A DNA stretch of 32,000 bases from positions 1,380,001 to 1,412,000 of the forward strand of contig NZ_CP147990.1 in assembly GCF_037902255.1 (NCBI RefSeq), read 5' to 3'. Every line of letters starts with the position of its first letter. Within the stretch, counting starts at the first letter, position 1. Origin of the DNA: Candidatus Electrothrix sp. GW3-4. Lineage in GTDB: Bacteria; Desulfobacterota; Desulfobulbia; Desulfobulbales; Desulfobulbaceae. Shown here piece after piece: positions 1 to 9,200 of this stretch. The notes under the pieces were generated by a model that did not search any database, was not told where the DNA came from, and saw only the letters and a program-made list of their open reading frames with translations. Both the position numbers and the translations under genes were made by a program.

Positions 1-218
1 CAGGTAAATAGAATTTTCCTGAGAAATATTCGATCTGATTGAAGTAATTTTTTGAGACTAGCGGCATAAAGAAAGAGCCCTATAAGAAAGGATACCGTCA
101 GTATCCCTGAAGATGGGTTATATCCGAGCGACGCATAGTGAATATTTGTCTCTGCCAGCTGATTGACGCTCTGTAAAAAGGAGGTACGTGCCGGTGAGAG
201 GAGGCTGAGCCAGCTCAT
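1..218 (-). CDS. possible 5' part of a membrane-protein gene running off the left edge (partial)
   Basis: My own minus-strand translation from the ATG at 218-216 gives MSWLSLLSPARTSFLQSVNQLAETNIHYASLGYNPSSGILTVSFLIGLFLYAASLKKLLQSDRIFLRKILFT. The frame stays open for 72 codons to position 1 and contains one TM-like hydrophobic stretch. It is on the same strand as, and downstream of, the export gene. There is no clear Shine-Dalgarno. It is absent from the ORF track because it is truncated. Confidence 0.3.
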   Translation of the reverse strand, partial: MSWLSLLSPARTSFLQSVNQLAETNIHYASLGYNPSSGILTVSFLIGLFLYAASLKKLLQSDRIFLRKILFT

Positions 219-327
219 TGGCAGAGGGATACTAGAGAGGAGTATCCAAAGGACCAAGAAAAAAAACAGGACATGCCCGACAGAAAAAAGACGATGACGC
301 GTGTAGTTTCTGGCGTTCAGAAGTAAC

Positions 328-351
328 CACCCTCCTAAAGTCAGGAGGGTG
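328..351. other. GC-rich 9-bp hairpin (caccctcct-aaagtc-aggagggtg) downstream of the export gene
   Basis: A perfect inverted repeat is read directly at 328-336 / 343-351. No T-run follows it on either strand, so a terminator role is uncertain. Confidence 0.3.
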
Positions 352-466
352 AATGCGGTGTATGCCCCTGTGACAAGAGGATGCACGGCCCCAAAAAGAA
401 AAGGAATTGTTCCCAATAAAAAAAGGACGATGCACTGAGCAGTTTTTGGCAGTTTGAGTTTGTTGC

Positions 467-1492
467 TCACAGCCGCCTGTCAACAGATGGGTTGCGGTAA
501 TTAATTCCGGTTCCCATAAAACCAAGATCAAATCCTAGGCCTGTCGATAATAGCCCTGAAGTACTTGATTCTGCATAGACAACATCCTGATCTTGGAGCT
601 TGATCTTGTCACCAAGCCCATCTTGCAGCTCACTGAAGCTCAGGCTGATAATATTACGCTTACCTTCTCCAGTATAGCGAATGAGCTTAATTTTGTCATT
701 ATCTGCATAGGCTGTCAGGCCTCCTGCTAAAACAATCGCCTCGGTTATGCTCATTTCCCCTTTCAGGGGGTAGGTCCCTGGATTTCTGACTGCACCATCT
801 ATAAAGCATTTTCCCGCCTCTGGAACAAATATGACATCACCGCCAGCTATGGCAACGTTATAGTTCATATCACCTCGCTTTATAAGCGCATCCAGGTCAA
901 TAATGTAGTTTTTTACTGCTCCGGTTTTGCGATCCTTTCGAGCTAGATAGGCTATTGATGCTGAATCCTCCGTGACCCCCTGGGCAACGGCAATAATGTC
1001 AAGTAAACGCCGGCCCGAAACATAATCATAGTTACCAGGCATAGTAAAAGAGCCAACAAGGGTTATTTGATCACTTATTTTTTCTTTTACAAAAACAGAA
1101 ACATGAGGGTCTTTTAGGTATTTTTCCTGAAGAAGGAGCTCAATTTTTTCTTCCGCTTCTGCGGCTGTAAGGTTAAAGACTTCTACTTGGTCGAGAATAG
1201 GAAGACTGACATATCCTCTTGAACTCACTCTGGTTTCTGTGTTTAATTCCTCTGATTCAAGAACGTTGACCGTAATAAGGTCTCCTGGCCCCAGTTTGGA
1301 TTCAGCGTCTTCCGGCGGAGCAGTGAGGACTGAATCAAACATATTTTGCTGAACAGTTCTACTTGCCAGCTGATCATCTTGTTGAGTGAATTCTTCAATG
1401 TTAACATTACTTTTAAACTGCTCGTTTGCGCATCCAGAGAGTATTAAAGTAAAAGTAAACAGAAGGCGCAGGATAAACTTTTTTTTGACCAT
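467..1492 (-). CDS. polysaccharide biosynthesis/export lipoprotein (Wza-like; Poly_export + SLBB-type domains)
   Basis: 341-aa ORF with a lipoprotein signal (LILSGC lipobox). The segment LGPGDLITVNVLESEELNTETRVSSRGYVSLPILDQVEVFNLTAAEAEEKIELLLQEKYLKDPHVSVFVKE matches the Poly_export motif pattern. SLBB-like repeats follow (GDVIFVPE, ITEAIVLAGG). Confidence 0.85.
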   Translation of the reverse strand: MVKKKFILRLLFTFTLILSGCANEQFKSNVNIEEFTQQDDQLASRTVQQNMFDSVLTAPPEDAESKLGPGDLITVNVLESEELNTETRVSSRGYVSLPILDQVEVFNLTAAEAEEKIELLLQEKYLKDPHVSVFVKEKISDQITLVGSFTMPGNYDYVSGRRLLDIIAVAQGVTEDSASIAYLARKDRKTGAVKNYIIDLDALIKRGDMNYNVAIAGGDVIFVPEAGKCFIDGAVRNPGTYPLKGEMSITEAIVLAGGLTAYADNDKIKLIRYTGEGKRNIISLSFSELQDGLGDKIKLQDQDVVYAESSTSGLLSTGLGFDLGFMGTGINYRNPSVDRRL

Positions 1493-1616
1493 TGTAATAA
1501 AAGGTGAAGGAAAACCCTTAGGTAACCTGTTGGTTGTGAATGTGATTGGGTGTTTTTTACAAGGAACGAGAGGATAGGCCCCCTCTGGGGCAGCCTATCC
1601 GGGATAAGGCCTGCGC

Positions 1617-2471
1617 TCAGATGCTTGGGCTGGGATTTGTAGGGAAAGTCGGAGTCCTTGTAGGCGTAGAAGAGCTGCTCTTTGATGAGCTTGAACTCTG
1701 TGAAGGTGACGAGCTTTGCGAAGATGATGCAGCAGGCGTAGTTGCTTCAGGGGAAGACGGAGCAGGAGCATCGTCATCATCGTCATCAAAATACTCATAA
1801 ACACCCCAAGCGGCAGTGCCAGCAACAGCAGTGGCAGCAATAATTTCTCCGTTACTCCACCAGATTGCACCAGCTTTGTCATCATCATCTTCTTCTTCCG
1901 CTGGTGGAAGGGTATCGTCAGCAAGAGGTTCCCCCATGTCTACCTGGGCAAGCAAAATATAATTATTACTGTCAACAGTCTTGGCACCTTCTACGGTATC
2001 AAAAACCATGCGTCCCTCGTAGACACCTATTTTAGTGTCTCCATTTGGAGTTACCTCCATATAACCGCGTACCGGAGTGTCCGTGCTTGCGTTGAAGATG
2101 ACATCGGCACTCGCATACTGCCTGTCAGCAGTGTAAAACCCCATTTTTCCTATAGCACCATTGAGGATAAAGTCGAGCTGCCCTTGCTTGAGAAGCACGT
2201 TGAATTGTTCCTGATCACTTTTGACAGCCAGCTCTGCTCCTGCTGTGCCAACAATTGAAACTCCAGTTGATTTAATCATGCATGTTTCATTACAGACCAT
2301 CAAGGCTTCTTCGTCAACAGGGTTTTGTCCGGTAATCGTGTTGGACAAGTGACCGCCCTTATAGACGGAGATGTTGCCTTCAGCAAGTATGCCAGCCGTT
2401 GCCTGTGTACTTGCAATGCCAGCAGAGAGTAGTGCCGCCATAATATAGGCGCTAAATGATTTCTTTTTCAT
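1617..2471 (-). CDS. secreted hypothetical protein with acidic and Ser/Thr/Pro-rich low-complexity C-terminal tail
   Basis: The ORF spans 1617..2507. I prefer the ATG at 2471 (MKKKSFSAYIMAALLSAGIASTQATA is a Sec signal), which is preceded by aaaggag. The body looks beta-rich. The tail carries EEEDDDD, a hydrophobic stretch IIAATAVAGTAAWGV, DDDDDD, then a run rich in S, T and P. Confidence 0.65.
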   Translation of the reverse strand: MKKKSFSAYIMAALLSAGIASTQATAGILAEGNISVYKGGHLSNTITGQNPVDEEALMVCNETCMIKSTGVSIVGTAGAELAVKSDQEQFNVLLKQGQLDFILNGAIGKMGFYTADRQYASADVIFNASTDTPVRGYMEVTPNGDTKIGVYEGRMVFDTVEGAKTVDSNNYILLAQVDMGEPLADDTLPPAEEEDDDDKAGAIWWSNGEIIAATAVAGTAAWGVYEYFDDDDDDAPAPSSPEATTPAASSSQSSSPSQSSSSSKSSSSTPTRTPTFPTNPSPSI

Positions 2472-2992
2472 GGAAGACTCCTTTATTGTTGAAATGCAGG
2501 CAGACAAACTAGAATTTATGTTGATCTACTTTACCTTGCTCGAAATTTATATACAAGAAAAAAAAACGTTTTTGTTTTTGGGCAGATATCTTTGTGATGC
2601 TCGTTGGTAAGGTGTTGCATAGTTTATGTAAGGGGAGGGTGCTTGTCGTTCTCCTTATTGCCTGTTTCTGGTCTGTTGCTTGCAGGGTTTTGTGAATTTT
2701 ACGGTTGCCAGAAAATTGCTTTGAAATGAGCTGGTTAAGACGTGAGGAAGGAAAGGGGTGCTGTTGTCCCTGTCAAGTCTTTTTTGATCTTAATGCAGGA
2801 GGAATTGTTTTTTATTGGCTTTGATATTTTTTATCTGTAGTCTCAATGCTGTATAGTATTTTATACTTAATTTTATTTTTTTGACATGCGTTTTTTCAGG
2901 GACTAAGGTGTTGATTTTTTTGCCTGTGCCGTGCAGTTGGTATGATATGCTTGTTTGAAGGGGGATTAAATATTGAAATGCGGTGAATTTAT

Positions 2993-3022
2993 TTGACAAA
3001 TTCAATTTTATTATTTTATAAT
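2993..3022 (+). promoter_or_regulatory. candidate sigma70 promoter (TTGACA-N18-TATAAT)
   Basis: TTGACA at 2993-2998 and TATAAT at 3017-3022 are both perfect hexamers, about 320 nt upstream of the first chemosensory gene. The background is very AT-rich, so a chance match is possible. Confidence 0.3.
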
Positions 3023-3344
3023 TGAAGCTATTTTTTATTAAAAGTATTAGACAATCATTCTTGCCGCGTGTTCGATCAAGCTTGACGTTAAGTACCATGA
3101 AAAAAAAGCAGCCCTTTTGGGAGTGATTGCCATCTCTTGTTAGAAGCCTGCTACTGTGCAACTGTCAATACCATGCTTTTTATGCAACGTAACGGTAATT
3201 TTCAATAAATAAATTTTGTTTTTTTAATGCTAAAAAGCCTCTCCAGAGATACTGATTGTTTTCGTGGAATATCCCAAATTCAGTCAAATGAAGAAGCGAA
3301 CTAGGTGTTTTCTTGTTTAAAGGCAAACGGATAAGAGCTGTTCA

Positions 3345-5180
3345 ATGAAAAAGGTATTGTTGGTAGATGACGATGAGATGATTCATGAGATCGTTGACTC
3401 TACATTGGGTGATTATAGGAAAATATTTCAAATATCACACGCTTACGATATTAAAGAAGCCGTTAGACAGGTTGAAAGGGGGGATATTTCTCTTGTTATT
3501 ACTGACCTGGTTATGCCGGGAGGGGATGGTTTTCAGCTTTTATCGTACATTCAAAAGAGACATTCTGATATCCCGAGGATAGTTATTACCTCTTACGACC
3601 TTCCTGAGTTGAAGACGAGGTTGATGGGAAAAGCCTTTCAGGTCTTTAAAAAACCGCTTGCCTCTGAAGAACTTGCTGATGCGATTATCAGGGGGTTAAA
3701 AACGCAGCAAAAGAAGGGCGATTTGGGGAAGTTTTCCGTTGTCGGCATTGTGCAGCTGATGGAGACGGAGGAGACGACCTGTCGTCTGGATGTGCATAAT
3801 TGTGGAGAGCATCAGGATATTGATCAATGTATTGAAAATAAATGTCCTGAGTATAAAGGAAGTCTGTTTCTTGTTCAGGGGAAAATCTATGATGCTGTTT
3901 GCGGCAAACTGATCGGTGAAGAAGCCGTGCTCAAACTGCTGAGTATGGAAGGTGTTCAGGTCAGTAGCTGCACATTAAAAGGTGATGTGGTCAGAAGGGT
4001 GCATAAAAGCAACCAGAATTTACTGATCAACGCCATGATTCAGAAAGATAATCAGCATGATGATGCTAAACCTGAAACGGTCCCTCAACAGGAACTTTTA
4101 GATGAAGGTGTTGAGCTTTGTGAACGGCTGGAGCTCAAAAAAGCCCAGAAAAAACTTATGGCCTTTGTTCGCGATAATCGCCAGAGCGCTCCAGGGTGGC
4201 TCTGGCTTTCCCGGTCGTTGACAGAGTTGCCAAAAATAAAAAAGGCATTAGGTGAAGCATATAAATGTTCTCCTAAAGAGCCGCGTATTCTTGAGGATGT
4301 TGAAAAAGTACGTCTTTTCAAAAGTAGTGGAAAGGTAATCCGCTGTCCTTTTTGTTATGCTCCAATGGAGCAGGAGGCTGTCTTTTGTTCATATTGCAGG
4401 GCTAATGCTCTGTCCGACTCTTCAACACTGTCGCAAATTGATCCCTATAAGGTGGAGCGGAAGATGGTTCAGGAGGCGGCGAAACGTTTTGAACGCGTTT
4501 TGGCCGATGAGGTCAACCCGAGGCTCCTTTATTATGCAGGGGCCGCTTACCTCAATCTCAATGATTTTGAAAAGGCACTCACCTATTTTGATCTTTTGAT
4601 GCCCATTGTTCACGTTGAGACTAAATATCAGAATGTTGCAGGTCAGGTTCGTGAAATAGTTGAATATATAGCTTCGAATCAGAAACTTGAATCAGGAGAA
4701 AAGGAAGCAAAGAATAGTTGGCACGAGCAGAAAGAAAATAAAGAAAAACGACTGATTACTAACCGTTCTTCCTGTAAAACAATCTTAGTTGTTGAAGATA
4801 GTCCGACAACGAGGAAAGTTATTAAAATGACCTTGACCAGCGGTGATTTTCGAGTAGTTGAAGCTGCTGACGGTGTGGAGGCATTAAGCAGGCTGAACGA
4901 AGAGCGTCCAGATCTTGTTCTCCTTGATATTATGCTGCCCAAGATTGATGGGTACCGTGTCTTGTCAATCCTTAAAAAGAATAGTGATACAAGAGATATT
5001 CCTGTTGTTATGCTGACAAGTAAAAACAGAATAATCGATAAAGTGAAGGGCAGGTTGTCTGCGGCCAGTGCTTATTTGACCAAACCGTTTAAGCCTGCCG
5101 AGCTTATAGATATGGTGAACTCTATAATCGTCAAAGACGGCCCGAATACCGAACAATCAGCTGAAGCTGCTGCTGAATGA
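3345..5180 (+). CDS. dual response-regulator protein: REC - DUF4388/PATAN-like - zinc ribbon - TPR-like - REC
   Basis: The N-terminal REC has VDDDE, VITDLVMPG and FKKP. The DUF4388-like block is GDLGKFSVVGIVQLMETEETTCRLDV...GSLFLVQGKIYDAVCGKLIGEEAVLKLL. A CPFC...CSYC zinc ribbon follows, then a TPR-like LLYYAGAAYLNLNDFEKALTYF. The C-terminal REC has LVVEDSPT, LLDIMLPKIDG and LTKPF. Confidence 0.85.
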   Translation: MKKVLLVDDDEMIHEIVDSTLGDYRKIFQISHAYDIKEAVRQVERGDISLVITDLVMPGGDGFQLLSYIQKRHSDIPRIVITSYDLPELKTRLMGKAFQVFKKPLASEELADAIIRGLKTQQKKGDLGKFSVVGIVQLMETEETTCRLDVHNCGEHQDIDQCIENKCPEYKGSLFLVQGKIYDAVCGKLIGEEAVLKLLSMEGVQVSSCTLKGDVVRRVHKSNQNLLINAMIQKDNQHDDAKPETVPQQELLDEGVELCERLELKKAQKKLMAFVRDNRQSAPGWLWLSRSLTELPKIKKALGEAYKCSPKEPRILEDVEKVRLFKSSGKVIRCPFCYAPMEQEAVFCSYCRANALSDSSTLSQIDPYKVERKMVQEAAKRFERVLADEVNPRLLYYAGAAYLNLNDFEKALTYFDLLMPIVHVETKYQNVAGQVREIVEYIASNQKLESGEKEAKNSWHEQKENKEKRLITNRSSCKTILVVEDSPTTRKVIKMTLTSGDFRVVEAADGVEALSRLNEERPDLVLLDIMLPKIDGYRVLSILKKNSDTRDIPVVMLTSKNRIIDKVKGRLSAASAYLTKPFKPAELIDMVNSIIVKDGPNTEQSAEAAAE

Positions 5181-5220
5181 CGTTTACTAAATTGTGTTAA
5201 TAAATAATAAAAGGGAAGAT

Positions 5221-5589
5221 ATGTCTGCGAGGAAATTATTGATTGTTGATGACAGTCCAACAGAGCTTAAACTGATAACCGATGTGTTCAATACACCTGA
5301 ATATGACGTTGTCACGGCCGGAGACGGAGAAGCTGGTGTTGAAATGGCAATAGCGGAAAAACCAGAGCTGATTATTCTTGATGTTGTGATGCCCAAAATG
5401 AATGGATTTCAGGCGTGTCGAAAGATTAAATCTACTCCTGGATTAGAGAATATTCCGGTTATTTTGCTAACCAGCAAAAATCAGAAGTCAGATGAGTTTT
5501 GGGGGAAAAAACAGGGCGCTGACGTGTACCTGACAAAACCTTTTAATACCGACGAGGTATTGGAGGCGGTAACGAGCCTCCTCTCCTGA
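5221..5589 (+). CDS. single-domain CheY/PilH-like response regulator
   Basis: Complete REC signature: LLIVDDSPTE, IILDVVMPKMNG, LLTSK, YLTKPF. The ATG at 5221 is preferred over 5194 because aagggaag lies just upstream. Confidence 0.9.
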   Translation: MSARKLLIVDDSPTELKLITDVFNTPEYDVVTAGDGEAGVEMAIAEKPELIILDVVMPKMNGFQACRKIKSTPGLENIPVILLTSKNQKSDEFWGKKQGADVYLTKPFNTDEVLEAVTSLLS

Positions 5590-5608
5590 TTTTTTATGTT
5601 ATTCGAGA

Positions 5609-6202
5609 ATGACAATGAGTAACGATATGAGTGGCAGACTAGGCTCTCCTTCTGATCTCGCGGCATTGCTGTACAATATTGATCAGGAAATAACAGAGGT
5701 CGTGCTGGACTATGGCGACGGGCTCAAAAAGGCCACTGATGAGAAACAGCAGGAAATTGGAAGGCATATCTGTTTTGATCTTGGTGAGATGCGCTTGGCC
5801 GTGCCTCTCTCATTGGTTGTTGAAGTAGGAGAGCTGGAAGAAAAGGTCCGAGCTCTGCCGTTTCTCCCTGAATGGGTTCAAGGGGTGACCAATATCCGCG
5901 GAGAAATAGTCTCTGTTACTGATATTGGTCTTTTTTTTAATATCGCTAACAGGGTACCCAAAAAGAAGAATCGTGCATACATCGTTATTTATAACGGCGA
6001 GATGAAAACCGCGGTTATTGTCGATCGTATTACTGCTACTCGTATGTTGTATAGAAAGGAAGGGACCGTTGGTCAGGGGAAACCGGAGCAAACGGTTTTG
6101 TCCAATTTCTTATCCGGTTCAGCAGTGTATTATTCTGGTGAACAAGAGGACGTGGTCCAGCTTTTTGACGGTGAACAATTACTCTCATCAATACGGATAT
6201 AA
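5609..6202 (+). CDS. CheW/PilI-like coupling protein
   Basis: CheW-domain pattern: CFDLGEMRLAVPLSLVVEVGE...LPFLPEWVQGVTNIRGEIVSVTDIGLFF...AVIVDRI. The exact start (5609, 5615 or 5627) is uncertain and there is no strong SD. Confidence 0.85.
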   Translation: MTMSNDMSGRLGSPSDLAALLYNIDQEITEVVLDYGDGLKKATDEKQQEIGRHICFDLGEMRLAVPLSLVVEVGELEEKVRALPFLPEWVQGVTNIRGEIVSVTDIGLFFNIANRVPKKKNRAYIVIYNGEMKTAVIVDRITATRMLYRKEGTVGQGKPEQTVLSNFLSGSAVYYSGEQEDVVQLFDGEQLLSSIRI

Positions 6203-6226
6203 TGAGAACTGGATCGGAGAGAGTAG

Positions 6227-9200
6227 ATGAATAGCAGTGTGGGCAGTGAAATCGTGACTGGATTTATCGGGGAGGTGGAAGGTTACCTTCCTGATATGAG
6301 CCGTTGCCTTCAGACCCTGCAGCAGGATCGCGCGCATAGACCGTCATTAGCAGAACTGCATCGGATAACCCATACCATCAAGGGGGCAGCCGCTATGGTT
6401 GGCCTGGACGACTTGAGTGGGGTCGGTGAAATCCTGGAAAAAGTGATGGAGAATGTTCTTGGGGCTTCTTTGGTCTTGGACGATGAAACCATCCTTCTTT
6501 TAGGAGACGCAACGCATTGTATTGACAGCTACTGCACGATGCAGCGTGCTGGACAGCCTGATGATCGGCTCTTCCAGAAAACCGTTGCCAGAATTGAGGA
6601 AAAACTCTGTCAGTGTACTGACGGATCTGGAACGGGTGAGAATAATACAGAACAAAGTAGTACGGAACAAAGCAATCCCGAAGCTATCCTTTATGATCAA
6701 GAAGAAGAGGATCTGCTGGAAACTGTGCCGGATGATGTAAAGGGTGTAAAGAGCGTTCAGGATTTCCCTGAGGACGATGCAGTCGATTTCTTTGTTGAGG
6801 CTGACAGCGAAATTTCAAAAGAGCCAGACTCTGAGCGTTTGTTGGATGATATTTCTGTGTCTGATTTACTGGCTGGGGAGGATGTGGAAGATGAACTTCT
6901 TTTTCAGGAAGTTGAGGATCTTGAAGAGGAAGATGATCTGTTTGGCTCCGTTGTAACAGAATATACAGAACAGTCAGAGACCGTTGAAGATGCGGCCGCT
7001 TTGCCCGAGTCCACTGAGATGGATCAGGATGATGTCGCAGGAGAGGCGATTGACCCTGAACTGTTACAATGTTTTCAAGAGGAGACAGAGGATCATTTAG
7101 AGAATATCGACAGCTGTCTGATCAGTCTTGATTCCCAGATTAGCGAGTCTGTTGCACTTACGCCGTCTACTCAGGAAACCCTCCATTCCCTTCGTCGCTC
7201 TGTGCATACCCTCAAAGGGGCTGCCGCAGTCATTGGTATTGAACCGGTTGCAGCCTGGGGTCATGATTTTGAGGATTTTCTTGACTGGCTGCATGATGAG
7301 GCGCAGCAGCTTGACCCCATTACGGTTGCTGCTCTCCGGGAAGGGGCTGACCTCTTGGCCTCCCTGGCTGAAGAGCCCGCATTGCAAGCTGAGCAAGAAA
7401 GACAACGAATCCTCGGGAAATTTGCCGATATTACAAAGGCCTTTTCCTCAGGCCTTCTGGGGGACGAGCAGGATGAGGAGAATGTATTAGAGCCGTCGCA
7501 AAATGGTGCATCTGATTCTTTTCCTGCGGCCGACACAGAAGAAGTATCAGAAGAGGCTGGTGGTCTTTTTGACGATCTTGATCTTGCTTCATCTGCCTCT
7601 CCAGCTGAGGATGTGGAAGATGAACTTCTTTTTCAGGAAGTTGAGGATCTTGAAGAGGAAGATGATCTGTTTGGTTCCGTTGTTACAGAACATACAGAAC
7701 AGTCAGAGACCGTTGAAGATGCGGCCGCTTTGCCCGAGTCCACTGAGATGGATCAGGATGATGTCGCAGGAGAGGCGATTGACCCTGAACTGCTGCAATG
7801 TTTTCAAGAGGAGACAGAGGATCATTTAGAGAATATCGACAGCTGTCTGATCAGTCTTGATTCCCAGATTAGCGAGTCTGTTGCACTTACGCCGTCTACT
7901 CAGGAAACCCTCCATTCCCTTCGTCGCTCTGTGCATACCCTCAAAGGGGCTGCCGCAGTCATTGGTATTGAGCCGGTTGCAGCCTGGGGTCATGATTTTG
8001 AGGATTTTCTTGACTGGCTGCATGATGAGGCGCAGCGATTGGACCCCATTACGCTTGTTGCTCTCCGGGAAGGGGCTGACCTCTTGGCCTCCCTGGCTGA
8101 AGAGCCCGCATTGCAAACTGAGCAAGAAAGACAACGAATCATAGGAAATTTTGCCGATATTACAGAGGCCTTTTCCTCAGGCTTGACAGTCAGTGAGGAT
8201 GATGACGAGACGGTGAATGCCTTAGAGTTGCCTGAAGACCGCGGCGCAGATGATTTTTTTACAGAGACAGATAGTGAAGGGGGGGATAAGGCAGGTCCAG
8301 AGAGCCTTTTTAACGAACTCTCATTGTCTGATTCATCGGCTGGGTTGGAGTTAGAGGACGACGAGCTCCTTCTTCAGGATGTTGAGGAAGATGAGGACGA
8401 TTTTTTCGGCTCTGTCGTTGCTGGGTTATCTGCGTCGCCAGAAGATATCTTTACTGAAAGGGCAGAAACAGGACAAGGTGAAGCCGGAGCTGAGGCGACT
8501 GATCCAGAGTTACTGGAATGCTTTCGTGAGGAAACCGAAGAACATCTGGAGAATATCGATAGCTGTCTCAATCGACTGGGTGTTCAGATTACCGCGCCTG
8601 TGGAGCTCACTTCTACTACTCGGGAGACATTGCACTCCCTCCGTCGTTCCGTGCATACCCTTAAAGGTGCTGCCGCAGTCATTGGTATTGAACCGGTTGC
8701 AGCCTGGGGCCATGATTTTGAGGATTTTCTTGACTGGCTGCATGACGAATCACAAAGGCTGGATCCTTCTCTTATCTCCTTGCTCCGTGATGGGGCAGAT
8801 TTGTTGGCAAAACTCGCTGAAGATCCAGCTTATTCGGTTGAAAAAAGAAAGAGTGATCTCACGGGACAGTTTTATGCTGTCATAGAAGGCGACGCAAGCG
8901 CAGAAGATACTTCCCTTTTTGAGGCGCAAGAGGACATTGTTGACCAAGATTTTTTTCCTGAAGAAAATCTTGCTGCGAAAGAAAATACCCTGGAAGAGTC
9001 GCAGGCCGGGGAGAACGCGGATAATTTTTTTGATGAACTCCCCGTTCCTCCTGCTGATGAAGGAGAAAATGACCCACTTGAGCTTGATCCAGAGAGTGCT
9101 TTTGCATCGTTACCAGAGTTGTCTGAATCTGTTCATAAACTCTCGGGTGGTGAAGAGATTGATGAAGAGCTCCTCCAATGTTTTCATGAGGAAGCAGAAG

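Noticed and set aside
232-531. 99-aa minus-strand ORF overlapping the 3' end of the export gene
   Set aside because: It overlaps a well-supported CDS in another frame. The translation is compositionally odd (Cys/His/Phe-rich, no motifs) and there is no RBS.
1546-1924. ORFs 1546..1800 (+) and 1595..1924 (-) over the low-complexity tail region
   Set aside because: They are alternative-frame or antisense readings of the repetitive GAT/TCx codon runs of the 1617..2471 gene. The translations are low-complexity.
2790-3161. 123-aa minus-strand ORF in the AT-rich spacer
   Set aside because: The translation is Lys/Asn/Ile/Leu-rich as expected from AT-rich non-coding DNA. There is no RBS and no domain pattern.
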